Below, piece after piece: positions 51,101 to 62,221 of a stretch of 64,000 nucleotides of DNA (positions are counted from its first letter, which is position 1; each line of letters opens with the position of its first letter). The stretch spans positions 1,736,001 to 1,800,000 of the forward strand of contig JBHGNT010000016.1 in NCBI GenBank assembly GCA_043228905.1, given 5' to 3'. Position numbers and translations under genes: made by a program. The notes beneath the pieces are model-generated. The model was not told the DNA's origin and searched no databases. It was given only the letters and a program-made list of their open reading frames with translations. Origin of the DNA: Azolla caroliniana (taxonomy: Eukaryota > Plantae > Polypodiophyta).

Positions 51101-51660
51101 TACATATTTTCATATCAGGAATGAAGTGTTTGCACAAATCCCTAATACCTATACATACATTACATACATATATATATAGGTTATATCTATATATCTATCT
51201 ATATGTGTGTGTTTGTGTGTGTATATATTCATATCGATATATAGATATATCCATATATACATATATATACATATATATACATATAGATAGAGATTTAGCA
51301 CATATATTTCATTGGGTGGTATAGACATGCATATTTTGCTTTTTGTGGCATGAACAGATCGAGCGTCTACAAAAGAGGTTGATAGAGAAGAAGATAACTA
51401 TTAAAGTGAGTGATAGTGCCGTACTTCTCCTCGGGAGCTTGGGTTATGATCCGAATTATGGGGCAAGACCAGTGAAACGTGTTATCCAACAAAACTTAGA
51501 AAATGAATTAGCAAAAGGGATTCTGAGAGGGGACTTCAAAGAAGATGACACGATATTCATCGATACAGAGTTATCTGCCATATCTGGTGACCAGTTTCCC
51601 CAGCAAAAGTTAGTCTTTCATAAGTTGTCAATGCCAGAGTCTCTGCAAAGTGTTAATTGA
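45198..51660 (+). CDS. CLPB3: Organellar ClpB/Hsp100 disaggregase, probably plastid ClpB3; 10 exons, 969 aa
   Basis: Exons 45198-45443, 46219-46437, 47013-47250, 47338-47533, 47613-47667, 48321-48471, 48551-48859, 49673-49938, 50136-51062 and 51358-51660 are all GT-AG and in phase. Motifs: Ser/Arg-rich transit peptide, [16 protein letters not shown]-domain, [18 protein letters not shown] and YGARP. ClpB3 versus ClpB4 is an inference. Confidence 0.96.
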
Positions 51661-53013
51661 TGGACATTTATATATACTAGCTCTAGCGCCTAAAGCTATA
51701 TATAAATATATATGAGGAAATATATGGTTGAATCAAAAGTCCTGAGTTGTAATTGGATTTGAAACACCGAGGTTGGCTTATTATAACATCAGCAGATATT
51801 TTATGACAATTGAGTCGCAATGACCACCCATACATATGATTCGTCTTGCTGCCTCACTCGGGACATGCGATAAATTTGGAATGATGCTATAAAGATTAGC
51901 ATGGCCCATGCGTGCAAGTATGACATGCACAACTCAAGAAATGATCTAATGTTTATTCCCTCCCAAGTTTGATCTCATTATTGGCTCAATCCCATCCCAT
52001 TTATTGTATATAGCAAAATGGTCCTCGCCATTGGCTTGACCAAGTTCTGTCAAATGTGTTTTGTATAAGTGAGTGAGAAACAAAGGTAGGAATAGAGAAA
52101 AAAACTTGAACGTAACTTTTACCAATGAGGAAGAAGAAATAAGACGGCACAAAAGTGGGCATCTATAGTCTTTTATATTGTCTCAGCCTGAATCACATTG
52201 GGGTGGGCACAAGGTTTTACATTCAAGCTTTTCCACCTTTGTATTCTTTTAACGCACATAAAGTTGTGTGCTTGTAGCCAATGTCATTGAAGCCTGTGGG
52301 ACGTGTAACATAGTTATGGATGATGGTTTGATTGAAACCAAACCGAACTGCTAAGACATGGTTTGAGAAGTGTCAGTTCTAATACAATTAAATGGTTTGG
52401 TTTGGTGTTAAAAAATTAGAAATCAGTAAATAATGTGGTTCTAAAACTCGGGTTTAACTTTTTGCTTAACATTATTTTTATTTTCCTAATGGTTTTTGTT
52501 TATTGATTTAACTACTTTAATGTGAATGATTTGGTTTATGTTTGTCAATAAATGGTTTAGTTTGGTATCAACTTTTCCCTAAATGGTTTGGTTTTACGTC
52601 CATAGTTAGATTAGGGTGGGATGAATCATGTACCAATCATGGTTTTGAAGTATTATTTATGAAATGAGGGTAGTATGATCATACTCAATGGATTCCCCAT
52701 CAAGAGTCTGATAATTTGGCACCCTTGATGATCACTTATAGTGCAGTAAAAAACTAAGGTTGGAATTCCAATCAAATGTAAGTATTTGGATATTTAGGGA
52801 TGCAATTTGTCTATATGAGTATACATGAATGTTGGATGAATTCATGTGTAATACAATGAGATATTGTACATCCCTCTAACGGGAGGAACTAAATTCATAT
52901 AAAAACAAAGTGGGGTTTTCATAACTCTAATTTAATTCGGTCAATCATAAGAGCTAGTAGAAATCATTTTTAAAAAACTAACTGGACACTTGTAAGTATA
53001 TATTATCTTTCTT

Positions 53014-53150
53014 AAGCAACATCAAGTTGGTTGAGAGCTAGGTCACATAGAGAAGTATTTGCCTCTTCCCAATAAATGAATAATGGGGACAAGTAAGCCT
53101 TTGCATGTCATGTGATTGAGGGAGTGTAGCCCTAACACCATGATTTCCCT
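53014..53150. repeat. Locally duplicated block, further copies at about 56200-56300 and 56354-56490
   Basis: AAGCAACATC...TGAGAGC.AGG.CA..TAGAGAA...GCCTCTT...TAAATGA...ACAAGTAAGC...CATGTCAT occurs in all three. GAGGGAGTGT.GCCCTAA.ACCATGATT.CCCT occurs in two. Confidence 0.75.
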
Positions 53151-53904
53151 ATAAGTAGCCAAACATAAGGGGAGTGTAGCTCTAACACCACGACATTGTT
53201 GACACTAGACGTGTCTTTGTCAGCTATTATGAGATGAAGGGCTGACTAGTACGGAAGCGTGTGTGGATCTTATTGTGGAGTTAGCAAGCAAGCACAAGAT
53301 GGAGATACATAGTAGTGTGCCTGTTCAAGAAAGATACAAATAGATAGATAGATTCTATTATCGTCTCTGGAGGTCAAATATGACCTATGAGACAAAAAAT
53401 ATTACATCTCACGTGATACCCGTGGAAGTGAGTGGCGACTCTTGATGTTCAAGAACTTTACCAATGAATGTTGCAATCAGGAGGGCGCATTGTGGTTGTG
53501 AGAGAAATTCGTACAAGGATTGGGCTTGGTTGAAGATACGTGGAAAGAATGGTTGAATATGATCAAAGGCAGAGCATTGTATCAAAGTGTGATACTTAGC
53601 CTCTCGAACTTATTTAGGGCAAAGTTTGCATAGCCGACCACTCTCATCACTTGTGCCCCAACCCCCTATTTCACATCGCCAATGCGTGTGAACTAAGTCA
53701 CATGGAAGCAATGGTTCAAATGGTAGATAACGGGATGGGCTCTAACATGTATCGATGTGTACGGTTTCCTCGTTCCGCAAAGAATATAGTTTTGTAGTTA
53801 GGTGCAACATGTGTAGTATAATAATGTGTGAATCGTGAACCTCCACATTTGTCCCATGTCATGATACATTGGCATTGCAAAAAGGCCTCATTTACAGAGG
53901 AATC

Positions 53905-55915
53905 TAGTGATGCATCATGAAGCAAGTGTCTTGCATCCCATCTACCAAACCATTTTTCCATATCTTACATTTAAACGGAACACAAAATTTTTTATTTTTT
54001 ATTTTTCCCACAAAAACTACACTCCATTGGTATTAAAATTAACAATGCCAAAGTCCATCTACAATTTGTACATAATAATTTCCACCCCACAAGTATCTAT
54101 AAAAAAAAGACCAAATATAAACGATGGCCTTTGGCAAGATAAGGCTAATTATATGCATGAAAACTCTCTCAGCCTTAGCAAATTTTTTTGATTTTATACG
54201 TCTTTTGGATCTTTTTGCTTGCTTCCCATACAATTCTAAGAAGTCGATGTGAGGAACTTTTTTGAACATTAAGCATGTATTCAACAACCCTTTACATGGC
54301 CATGAACTCAATGGAAGTGATCTCGTCTCAAGGAGGAGGGTGTAGGGCGTTTGTTTCTTAACTTGTAGAAACTTTGTAAGAAAAAGTTTTTAGACATTTT
54401 CAAACTCTTTCCACGTAGATTTAGGGATGCTACCGCCCCATACTTCCACCCCATGGAGAAACACCAAAGTGTCGAAAATATATTTCTTGAGGACCCAACA
54501 CTTAATATCTTTATGATTGCATGTATTCTCAAATGCATAGTATGCTCGCTTACCTGCCTCTAAGCGGCGTGTAGCACATTCATTCCATCTATGATTTGAA
54601 GGAACTTCAAGGCCAAGATATTTAAAGCTTTCCACACATTCAAGTGGCTTATCTCTTTTTTGGCTCTTCACAAGCATAATCTTTGTTTTAGAGCTATTAA
54701 CACTTAATTTAGAATGCATGCAAAAAATTTCCAATGCCTTTATAAGCTTTTGTGCATCCCCTAAAGTATCTACAAAAAGCACTATATCATCCACATATAG
54801 CAAAAGCATAATTACAACATTCCCAATCACAACTTCTTCAACACATTCTTCCTTTATAAGCTTGAAAACCATTTCTTCCAATTCATCAATGCATAGACCA
54901 AATAGTGTTGGTAAGAGTGGGCATCCTTGCCTAACACCAATAGTGCTATTGGAAAAATCTGAAAGTCTATCTCTCATATGCACACAACATATAACCTTTT
55001 CATATATTCGAGAAATTGCAAGCATATATTCACTTGGCACCTCGAGTTCTTCCATTCGCCTCCAAAGATGCCTACGATGTACCATATAAAAAGCTTTCTT
55101 GAAGTCTACAAAGCAACAATATAAACCTTTACATCCAAGGCGACTTTCCTCCATTAATACTCGAAGGGTGACAAGGTGATTGATGGCGCAATAGTGTTTT
55201 CGAAAACCAGCTTGTCCATAAGCTCTCTTACCATTTTTTTCACCCCATGCTCTTATCTTTGATTCCATTATACATCCAAATAGTTTTGCCATTAACAAGC
55301 CAACCATGATGGTTTGATAGATGTTTACATTATTTATATCTCCACCTTTATGTATAGGTTTGATCCAATTTGTAGTCCAATCATATGGCATACCATGTTG
55401 CAATGCATCATTAAACATATCGCTTATCCATACATGTGCTTCCGTTCCTATCCATTTGAGCATTTCAACCTTTATACATTGAAGATCGCTTGCCTTTCCA
55501 AAGGCCAATTTCTTAAATCCTATGTATATATTTTCAATTGTAAAGAAGGGAGACATATGTGAAAGAGAACCATAACAAATCATCTTTCCGGCAAGAGATA
55601 ACTCATATAAATTCTTACAATGCATAGACAAGTCAAGAAGAGTTAAGTCACCATAACCCTCAACACGTTTCCTCGTTAGATTTCCCCAAAATTTAGCACA
55701 TGCATGTGCTTTGCCTTGCGTTTCGAGAAATTGTTGAGTAACTTCCCATAGTCTACTCTTTCTTTAAATAAGCCTTTTATACTCATGCAAATGGTTTTGG
55801 TAATTTTCTTTCTACCTGACTACATCCAAAACCATAAAGCACTTTTGAGCTTCACGACATTCTTTATCAAACCATTTTTTCTTTGAACTACATTTCTTGA
55901 TGCATTTCCAAGATG
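53905..55915 (-). mobile_element. Non-LTR retrotransposon (LINE, RTE-like) reverse transcriptase, 5'-truncated and degenerate; boundaries approximate
   Basis: ORF 54390-55631 has KPIHKGGD, QAGFRK, FVDFKKAF, GVRQGCPL.P.LF, LLYVDD, NSSKTKIM and FKYLG. Confidence 0.88.
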
Positions 55916-56612
55916 TGCGGTTGGTCTAACGAGCAATTTCCAACTTGAGGTGTGATGAATAATACAATATGAAGTTGTACATCCGTCTAACGAGCAATTT
56001 CTTCATACCAAAAACTAAACTCATGTACAATAGAAGAGGGATTGTCTTAAATCCAATTAAACGCGGCCAATGGTAAAAATTAACATTTTCTCTTTCGGAT
56101 TTGCTTTTGACTTCCAACTAGGAGTGCCTCATAAAAAATCTAATAATCTAACGGGGTTTTGGGAATAAAACTGTGGTACCGAGTTTCTGTTTTCTTTGTA
56201 AAGCAACATCGAGATGTTTGAGAGCTAGGCCACATAGAGAAATACCAGCCTCTTTATGGTAAATGAGTTGTGGGGACAAGTAAGCATTCTCATGTCATTT
56301 CACCGAGGGTTTTTGGAATCAAGTTGTGTTTCCAAGTTTCTGTTTTCTTTGTCAAGCAACATCGAGATGTTTGAGAGCCAGGCCATGTAGAGAATTATCG
56401 GCCTCTTTATGGTAAATGAATTGTGGGAACAAGTAAGCATTCTCATGTCATGTGGTAGAGGGAGTGTTGCCCTAAAACCATGATTGCCCTACATGTACAT
56501 AAAAGCAAACAGTTCGCACTCTAGGTTGAGGGCTCCATGTGCTTAAGCCGAAGCATTGAGGTAATAAAAAAGGCCCAAGGTCCAACATGGATTCACACAA
56601 CTCTCTTTGAGC

Positions 56613-56942
56613 ACATGTAATAATATTGCCTATTTATTTTATCACTTGCAATGAATAATATGGCATCCTTGTTTCCTCTTGAAAGAAGCTCTAGTTATAT
56701 TGATCATTGCTTGGTAGGTTGATGAATCTCGTAAGCACGTGGCCACGACATCTTGGGTCTATTACTAATTCTCAATTGAGAAACAAGTATAGTTGCTTGC
56801 TAAAGAATACAAATTTATACGCTAGTCAATTCCAACGCGTGTTTAACGCCAAAGTCTTGGTGTAAGCAGAAAGGGTCAAAGACCAATAGGACTCGCATGA
56901 CTCTTGAGAACTGAAAATATGCAATAATATTGTCCACTTATT
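56613..56942. repeat. ~330-bp block upstream of PR-1, duplicated at 60237-60566
   Basis: The two copies are collinear and highly similar from ACATGTAAT.ATATTGCC to TGTCCACTTATT. Confidence 0.9.
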
Positions 56943-57793
56943 TTGTCGATTATGATGAATAATATTTACAACCATAGATTGACATATTCGCATTCGTGGG
57001 GTTTCTTATTCGAATACAAACAAATACGTATACGAATCCATAGTCAAGTATTCGATTTTTTTAAAAAGTACATGAATTCCCTCCTTTTTAGTTTCCTACC
57101 AGATAGGAAAGGTGACTTGACAATAAAAAGGGAACTTGACAGTAATAAAATTTTATAGTAAATGTAAAAGTATTCGTTTTAATTTTGTAAATAAATAAAA
57201 TAAAATAAAGGTTCATTAACTCCTCACTTTCTATTCTCTTAAAATTTATGGATATTTTTATGTGACATTAAAAATGGAACTTCATACTAATCATATTTCT
57301 ATAATAAATATAAAAATAGTCTTTTTTTCTAAAATTAATTAATTAATATAATTTAATTAAATAAAGGTTCATAAACTCCCCCTTTTTTTATTTGACACTA
57401 TAAAGGAGAGTTAATACTAATCATATTTTTATAATCTATTAATGAATGATTGTTCTTTTCTTAGTGAATTTATTTATTTATTTTAATTTAAAAGAAAATT
57501 TAATTAATTAATTTTTCGTATATTTATTTTTTAAAACGAATGGTTTTATAATATTCTTGGGGCCATTTCGTATTCTCGAATATTCGGGATATTGCGGATG
57601 AAGAATATCACAAATATCACACATGTCTCAATCTACGTTTACAACTTTGTCTTTTTTTGAAGGAATATCTTATTATCATAACATCAATGGACAAGTTGTT
57701 TAATAGTATAAGCACGTGGCCACAACACTGTCTTTGGATTATTATCGATCCTTAATTGGAAAACACCATGCCCTTGCCTAAGAATATTCTTCG

Positions 57794-58020
57794 ACATGCT
57801 AGACATTCTCAACCAACATTTGAATATGTATATCATCCGTGGATGTTTTTCAAATATTTCACAATTATGTATTGTTTTTGTTACACGTTTTTCTTAACAT
57901 CACACATAGAACATGCTAGTCATTCCCAACCAACATTTGAATATGTATATCATTCGTGGATGTTTTTCATATATCTCACGATTATGTATTGTTTTTGGTA
58001 CACGTTTTTCGTAGCATCAC
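57794..58020. repeat. 117-bp-period tandem duplication in the PR-1 proximal promoter
   Basis: ACATGCTAG.CATTC.CAACCAACATTTGAATATGTATATCAT.CGTGGATG...ACACGTTTTTC occurs twice. Confidence 0.88.
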
Positions 58021-58040
58021 TCGGAGAACGGGCAAAGCGC

Positions 58041-58122
58041 TTGACTTTAAGGGGCGTGTATTGCATCCTTGACACCATTATGCATCGAGCAATTTGCATG
58101 TCTCTCAATGTGTGCATATAAG
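58041..58122 (+). promoter_or_regulatory. Putative PR-1 core promoter: W-box and TATA-like element
   Basis: TTGACT at 58041-58046 and TATAAG near 58117, about 110 bp upstream of the ATG. These are short motifs that could occur by chance. Confidence 0.4.
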
Positions 58123-58226
58123 TAGATATCAGCCAAACCACACACACACACACAAAGCAAGGACTTTAACATCTAGGACGCACACACAAATAATCTAAAG
58201 TGAATATTGAACAACCACTTCATAGA

Positions 58227-58763
58227 ATGAAGCACCAACTCCATGACTTTGTTAAGCTTGCAATTGTAGTGACTCTTCTATTAGAGTTGATGAATTGTGC
58301 CACAATTGGCATGGCTCAATCAATCAATGATGAGTTTCTAAATGCTCACAATGTCGAGCGGGAAACATTGGGAATTCCACTTCTTGTGTGGAATGACACA
58401 TTGGCAACCTACGCTGAGCAATATGCCACAAGCCAGGATACACCCCAAGGTGGTTGCTCCGGTGCATTGGTCCATTCTGGCGGTCCTTACGGTGAGAACC
58501 TATATTGGTATTGGACTAGCGTTGGCACCCTAGCAACACCTAGTCAAGCTGTGAGTGATTGGATCTCGGAGAAGAGTGATTACGACTACGAGACCAACAC
58601 TTGCACTATTGGGAAAGAGTGTGGCCATTACACCCAAGTGGTGTGGGCTAACACAAGTCGTGTTGGATGTGTTGCTCATGCATGCACTTCCAACCCTGGT
58701 GCAACATACACCATATGTAGCTATGACCCCCCCGGAAATGTCTCTGGTGAACGCCCATATTAA
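58227..58763 (+). CDS. PR1: Pathogenesis-related protein 1 (CAP/SCP family), secreted, 178 aa
   Basis: Signal peptide, FLNAHN.ER, LVWNDTLA.YA, HSGGPYGENLY, GHYTQVVWA.T..VGC and C-terminal CSYDPPGN...RPY. Confidence 0.96.
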   Translation: MKHQLHDFVKLAIVVTLLLELMNCATIGMAQSINDEFLNAHNVERETLGIPLLVWNDTLATYAEQYATSQDTPQGGCSGALVHSGGPYGENLYWYWTSVGTLATPSQAVSDWISEKSDYDYETNTCTIGKECGHYTQVVWANTSRVGCVAHACTSNPGATYTICSYDPPGNVSGERPY

Positions 58764-60236
58764 ACATTTGTGTGATCATTATACATATACACCCACTACC
58801 ACTTGTGCCCTACACCACCCTCCTAAATAACGTCATGATTGAGCTACAATTTACCCACCTTCGTTTTTATGTAATTGCATTTGTATGAACTCGTTATGAT
58901 TACTCCACCTTATTTCGTTGTAATTGCTCGAGAAATTGTTGTTATTTAGTCAACTAACTCTTGTCATGTGTCTAAAATAATTGCTAATCTAGAGAACGTA
59001 ACACCACCACTTAGATATTGTCGATGGTATGGATGATGACGTGAAAGTCTTTTGAGTTTTTGAGAGAGTGGGCCCTGATCGATCAAAATGACGCTTTCCG
59101 TCGATACATGAACTTCAGTGTTTTATATTTTGAGACATAATAAAAAACATTAAACTTATTATGAATGGTACCCGTAACATTCGTACTGAAACATTACAAT
59201 AAAGTTCCATGTAAAATTACCTATGTGCAAGTAATTGTGTGCCAAATCATTCTGAATGGAATAAGTTTGTTGAATGTTGTGCAATTGTCTTTCCCCTTAG
59301 AAGTTTTTGTTGTTTCTAAGGATGATGCATGGAGAACACATCTTTTCTTGGTTAGAATTGTGTTTCCCTATCAAGGTGATCCTGTTACGATATCCGAAGG
59401 TCGTTTTATCCTATGGTTGGTAAAAATGAGCAAGGGTGGTGGTTGAGCAATACTTGTAAGTTTGAAATTTTATTTACTATGGGACATAAAACTTAAACAA
59501 ACCTTTCATGTCCTCGCTTAGTTTAACGCATGTATGAACTTGCGTTTTCTTGGTGCCAATATCGTGGAGGAGTGCGAGACATGTAGCATACGACGGGTAC
59601 GTTATATCCCCCCAACCTAATGAGCGCACAACCTTAGGTGTGCCTTGTCAAACAATGCAAAATGTGTCGTAGCCTACGAAGTCGAGGATAGTGGGAAATA
59701 CCAAGAATGATGAGGGTTGGTTGGGTGAGACGTGGATATCCTTGAGTCGAGGAACAGAGTGGAGTATGTGGGAATATGGACATGGCCAAAATGGAGTGGA
59801 AAATACAATATATTCTTTTGGGTGGGGATGCAAGCTAACGAGGTAGACGGTTCGCATGGGTGGGTGGGGAGTAGAAAGGTTTGTTGCGTGCATGGTCGGG
59901 TAGGAGGGAGTGTTTGATAGGCCGTGGGTGCATATCACTAGAGTTTGATGACGGAGTGTGACGAGCCACTAAAACTCATTCTTGTTGTTTGAAACCAATG
60001 GCGAGCGATGTGATAGGCAAAGAGTGGGTTGGGGATGGGACGAGGGGGGGGAGGGGAGGGGAAGCAGGAGGGGAGGGTCGTTTTACGTCCATGGTTAGGG
60101 AGGAAGGTGGAAAGATATTGAACCCTGTATTGGCCATGGTTTTGAATTCTCCTTGTTAAAATGAGGGTAGGATGATCGTTCCCATGGAGAGACCAATCAT
60201 TTCGCACCATTGACCATCACACGACTCTAGTTGAGG

Positions 60237-60566
60237 ACATGTAATGATATTGCCTATTTATTTTATCACTTGCAATGAATAATATGGCATCCTCGTTTCC
60301 TCTTGAAAGAAGCTCTAGTTATATTGATCATTGCTTGGTAGGTTGATGAATCTCGTAAGCACATGGCCACAACATCTTGGGTCTATTGGTAATTCTCAAT
60401 TGAGAAACAAGTGTAGTTGCTTGCTGAAGAATACAAATTTATACGCTAGTCAATTCCAACGTGTGTGTAAAGCCAAAGTCTTGGTGTAAGCAGAAAGGGT
60501 CAAGGACCAATAGGACTCGCATCACTCATGACCATTAAAAATATGCAATAATATTGTCCACTTATT
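60237..60566. repeat. Second copy of the PR-1 upstream block, cut off by an LTR insertion
   Basis: Matches 56613-56942. Similarity ends exactly where TGTCAG begins at 60566. Confidence 0.88.
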
Positions 60567-60855
60567 GTCAGAACCAAGAGAGAAGGTAAAGTGATAGAAG
60601 AAAGATATAAAGAGATCACAATAAGAGGAATGAAATGATAAGAGAAGAATGAATGTTTTAAAGTAGAATAAGAATGGATACAAGATAGGCGATGAGAGCT
60701 TAAGATTGGTGTTGATTCGAATTGGTTTTGAGAAGAATTGTATGTTCATATTTATAGGTTCCTATAGAATAACCTAGTGATTTCTATAATGTTCTAGAAT
60801 GTTCTACGCCTAGAATATTCTAAAATGTTCTAGGATGTTCTAGAATGTTCTAGAA
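60566..60855 (-). mobile_element. Interrupted LTR (minus orientation) carrying a heat-shock-element array
   Basis: TG start at the duplication breakpoint, minus-strand CTATAAAT at 60750-60757 and 10-bp TAGAATGTTC repeats. Truncated by the element starting at 60856. Confidence 0.6.
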
Positions 60856-60856
60856 T
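60781..60856. promoter_or_regulatory. Heat-shock element (alternating nGAAn/nTTCn) array
   Basis: gTTCtaGAAtgTTCt at 60791-60805 and aGAAtaTTCtaAAAtgTTCtaGGAtgTTCtaGAAtgTTCtaGAAt at 60812-60856. Confidence 0.75.
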
Positions 60857-62204
60857 GTTGAGAATCAAGCTCAACTTGGTCTAGTGTGTGAACTCACCTT
60901 GAGAGTGAATAGACACTCCAACGGTCAAGAGTCACCATTATGTCACCTCTTTGTATTCTAGCATTTAGTATGAGTCATAAAATCATATTCTATGACACAT
61001 AACTTATGAGCTTTCACATTCCCCATTCTCCATGAGTCTTGTAGTTAATGAAGAGAGAGGGTGACTATATAAAGCACCCTCCTCCCACCTTATATTTAGT
61101 CAAGTCTTTCTCCTTTGTTATTATACTTTTACCTTGCGTATTCTCTGTGTCTTACTCCTTGTCTCTCTCTCTCTCTCTCATACACACACATAACTCACAT
61201 CTCTTCCGCTTCACAAGAATCATATTCGATTCTTTACATGGTATCAAAGCGATTTGGTAGCTCGATCTAGCTCATTCGCCTCATCGTGATCGTGTGTTGT
61301 GCTCTACGCCGATGACCAAGAACCGGCTCATCGCTATCATAGCTTCGCTACATAGCTTGCATTTGAAGAGAGAAGAAGAAGAAGAAGAAGCATCGACATA
61401 ATGAATACTCAAATGGGAAGCGCTCTCCCTACCGAGAAGTTGGATCGAAACAACTTCGCATCTTGGGAGTACAAGATGCACTAATACCTTGTCAGACAAG
61501 GCTATTGGAGCTACATCAAAGGAGAGCACGAAGACCGACCCGCCGAAGCGGCTCCCGGATACATGACATGGGAGCAAGCCGCAAGACGCATGATGTATTG
61601 CTTGGCGACATGTGTTCACGATCACATGCTCGGCTACATTCGCGAAGCCAAGACGCCAAAGGAGGCATGGGAAAATCTACGAAAGATTTTCGCAGCGAAC
61701 ACAACTGCAAGAAAGCTTCAACTCTGCGAAGAGTTGAACAACATTCAACAAACGAACATGTCCATCATGACATACACCTTAAAGATCAAGGAGCTTTGTG
61801 ACTCTCTCGACTCGATAAGTGTAAGTATAGATGATGATGAGATGGTGCAAATATGCCTCGGCGGCCTCACACCACGTTTGGCGCGATGGGAACTGCCGTT
61901 CTATCTCCCTCCTTCTTCGAGCCCCAATCAATGCTATTGGTCGAAGAAAACCACGTGCGTACAAGGTGCAATGAGTCGGAAGGCCACATGCTCTACACGC
62001 ACTCGAACGGAGGAAGAGGATGCGGATGAGCGAGAGGCCGATTCGGCCAAGGACAAAACGGACGAGGTTTGACCTACGACAACAACTCCCAATTTCGGCC
62101 GCAAAACAGAAGCCAACGAGGAACCTTCGCAAGAAGGGGGAGCTTCCACTTCGGCCCGAGCCGTCAAAACACAACTGAATGCGAATATTGCAGAAAGCTC
62201 GGCG
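60856..62204 (+). mobile_element. Ty1/Copia 5' LTR + PBS + defective gag, interrupted at the zinc knuckle
   Basis: LTR 60856-61238 (TG...CA) and PBS TGGTATCAAAGC at 61239-61250. gag starts at ATG 61401 with EKLDRNNFASWEYKMH* (premature stop), then AKTPKEAWENL, and CEYCRKLG is broken off at 62204. Confidence 0.9.
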
Positions 62205-62221
62205 TGTTGGGGAGAAGGCCG

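Noticed and set aside
52310-52605. hAT-like MITE with GGTTTG subterminal repeats
   Set aside because: The termini match only loosely and no 8-bp TSD was found.
59937-60232. Short element with ACTAGAGT / ACTCTAGT inverted ends
   Set aside because: The inverted match is too short and there is no TSD.
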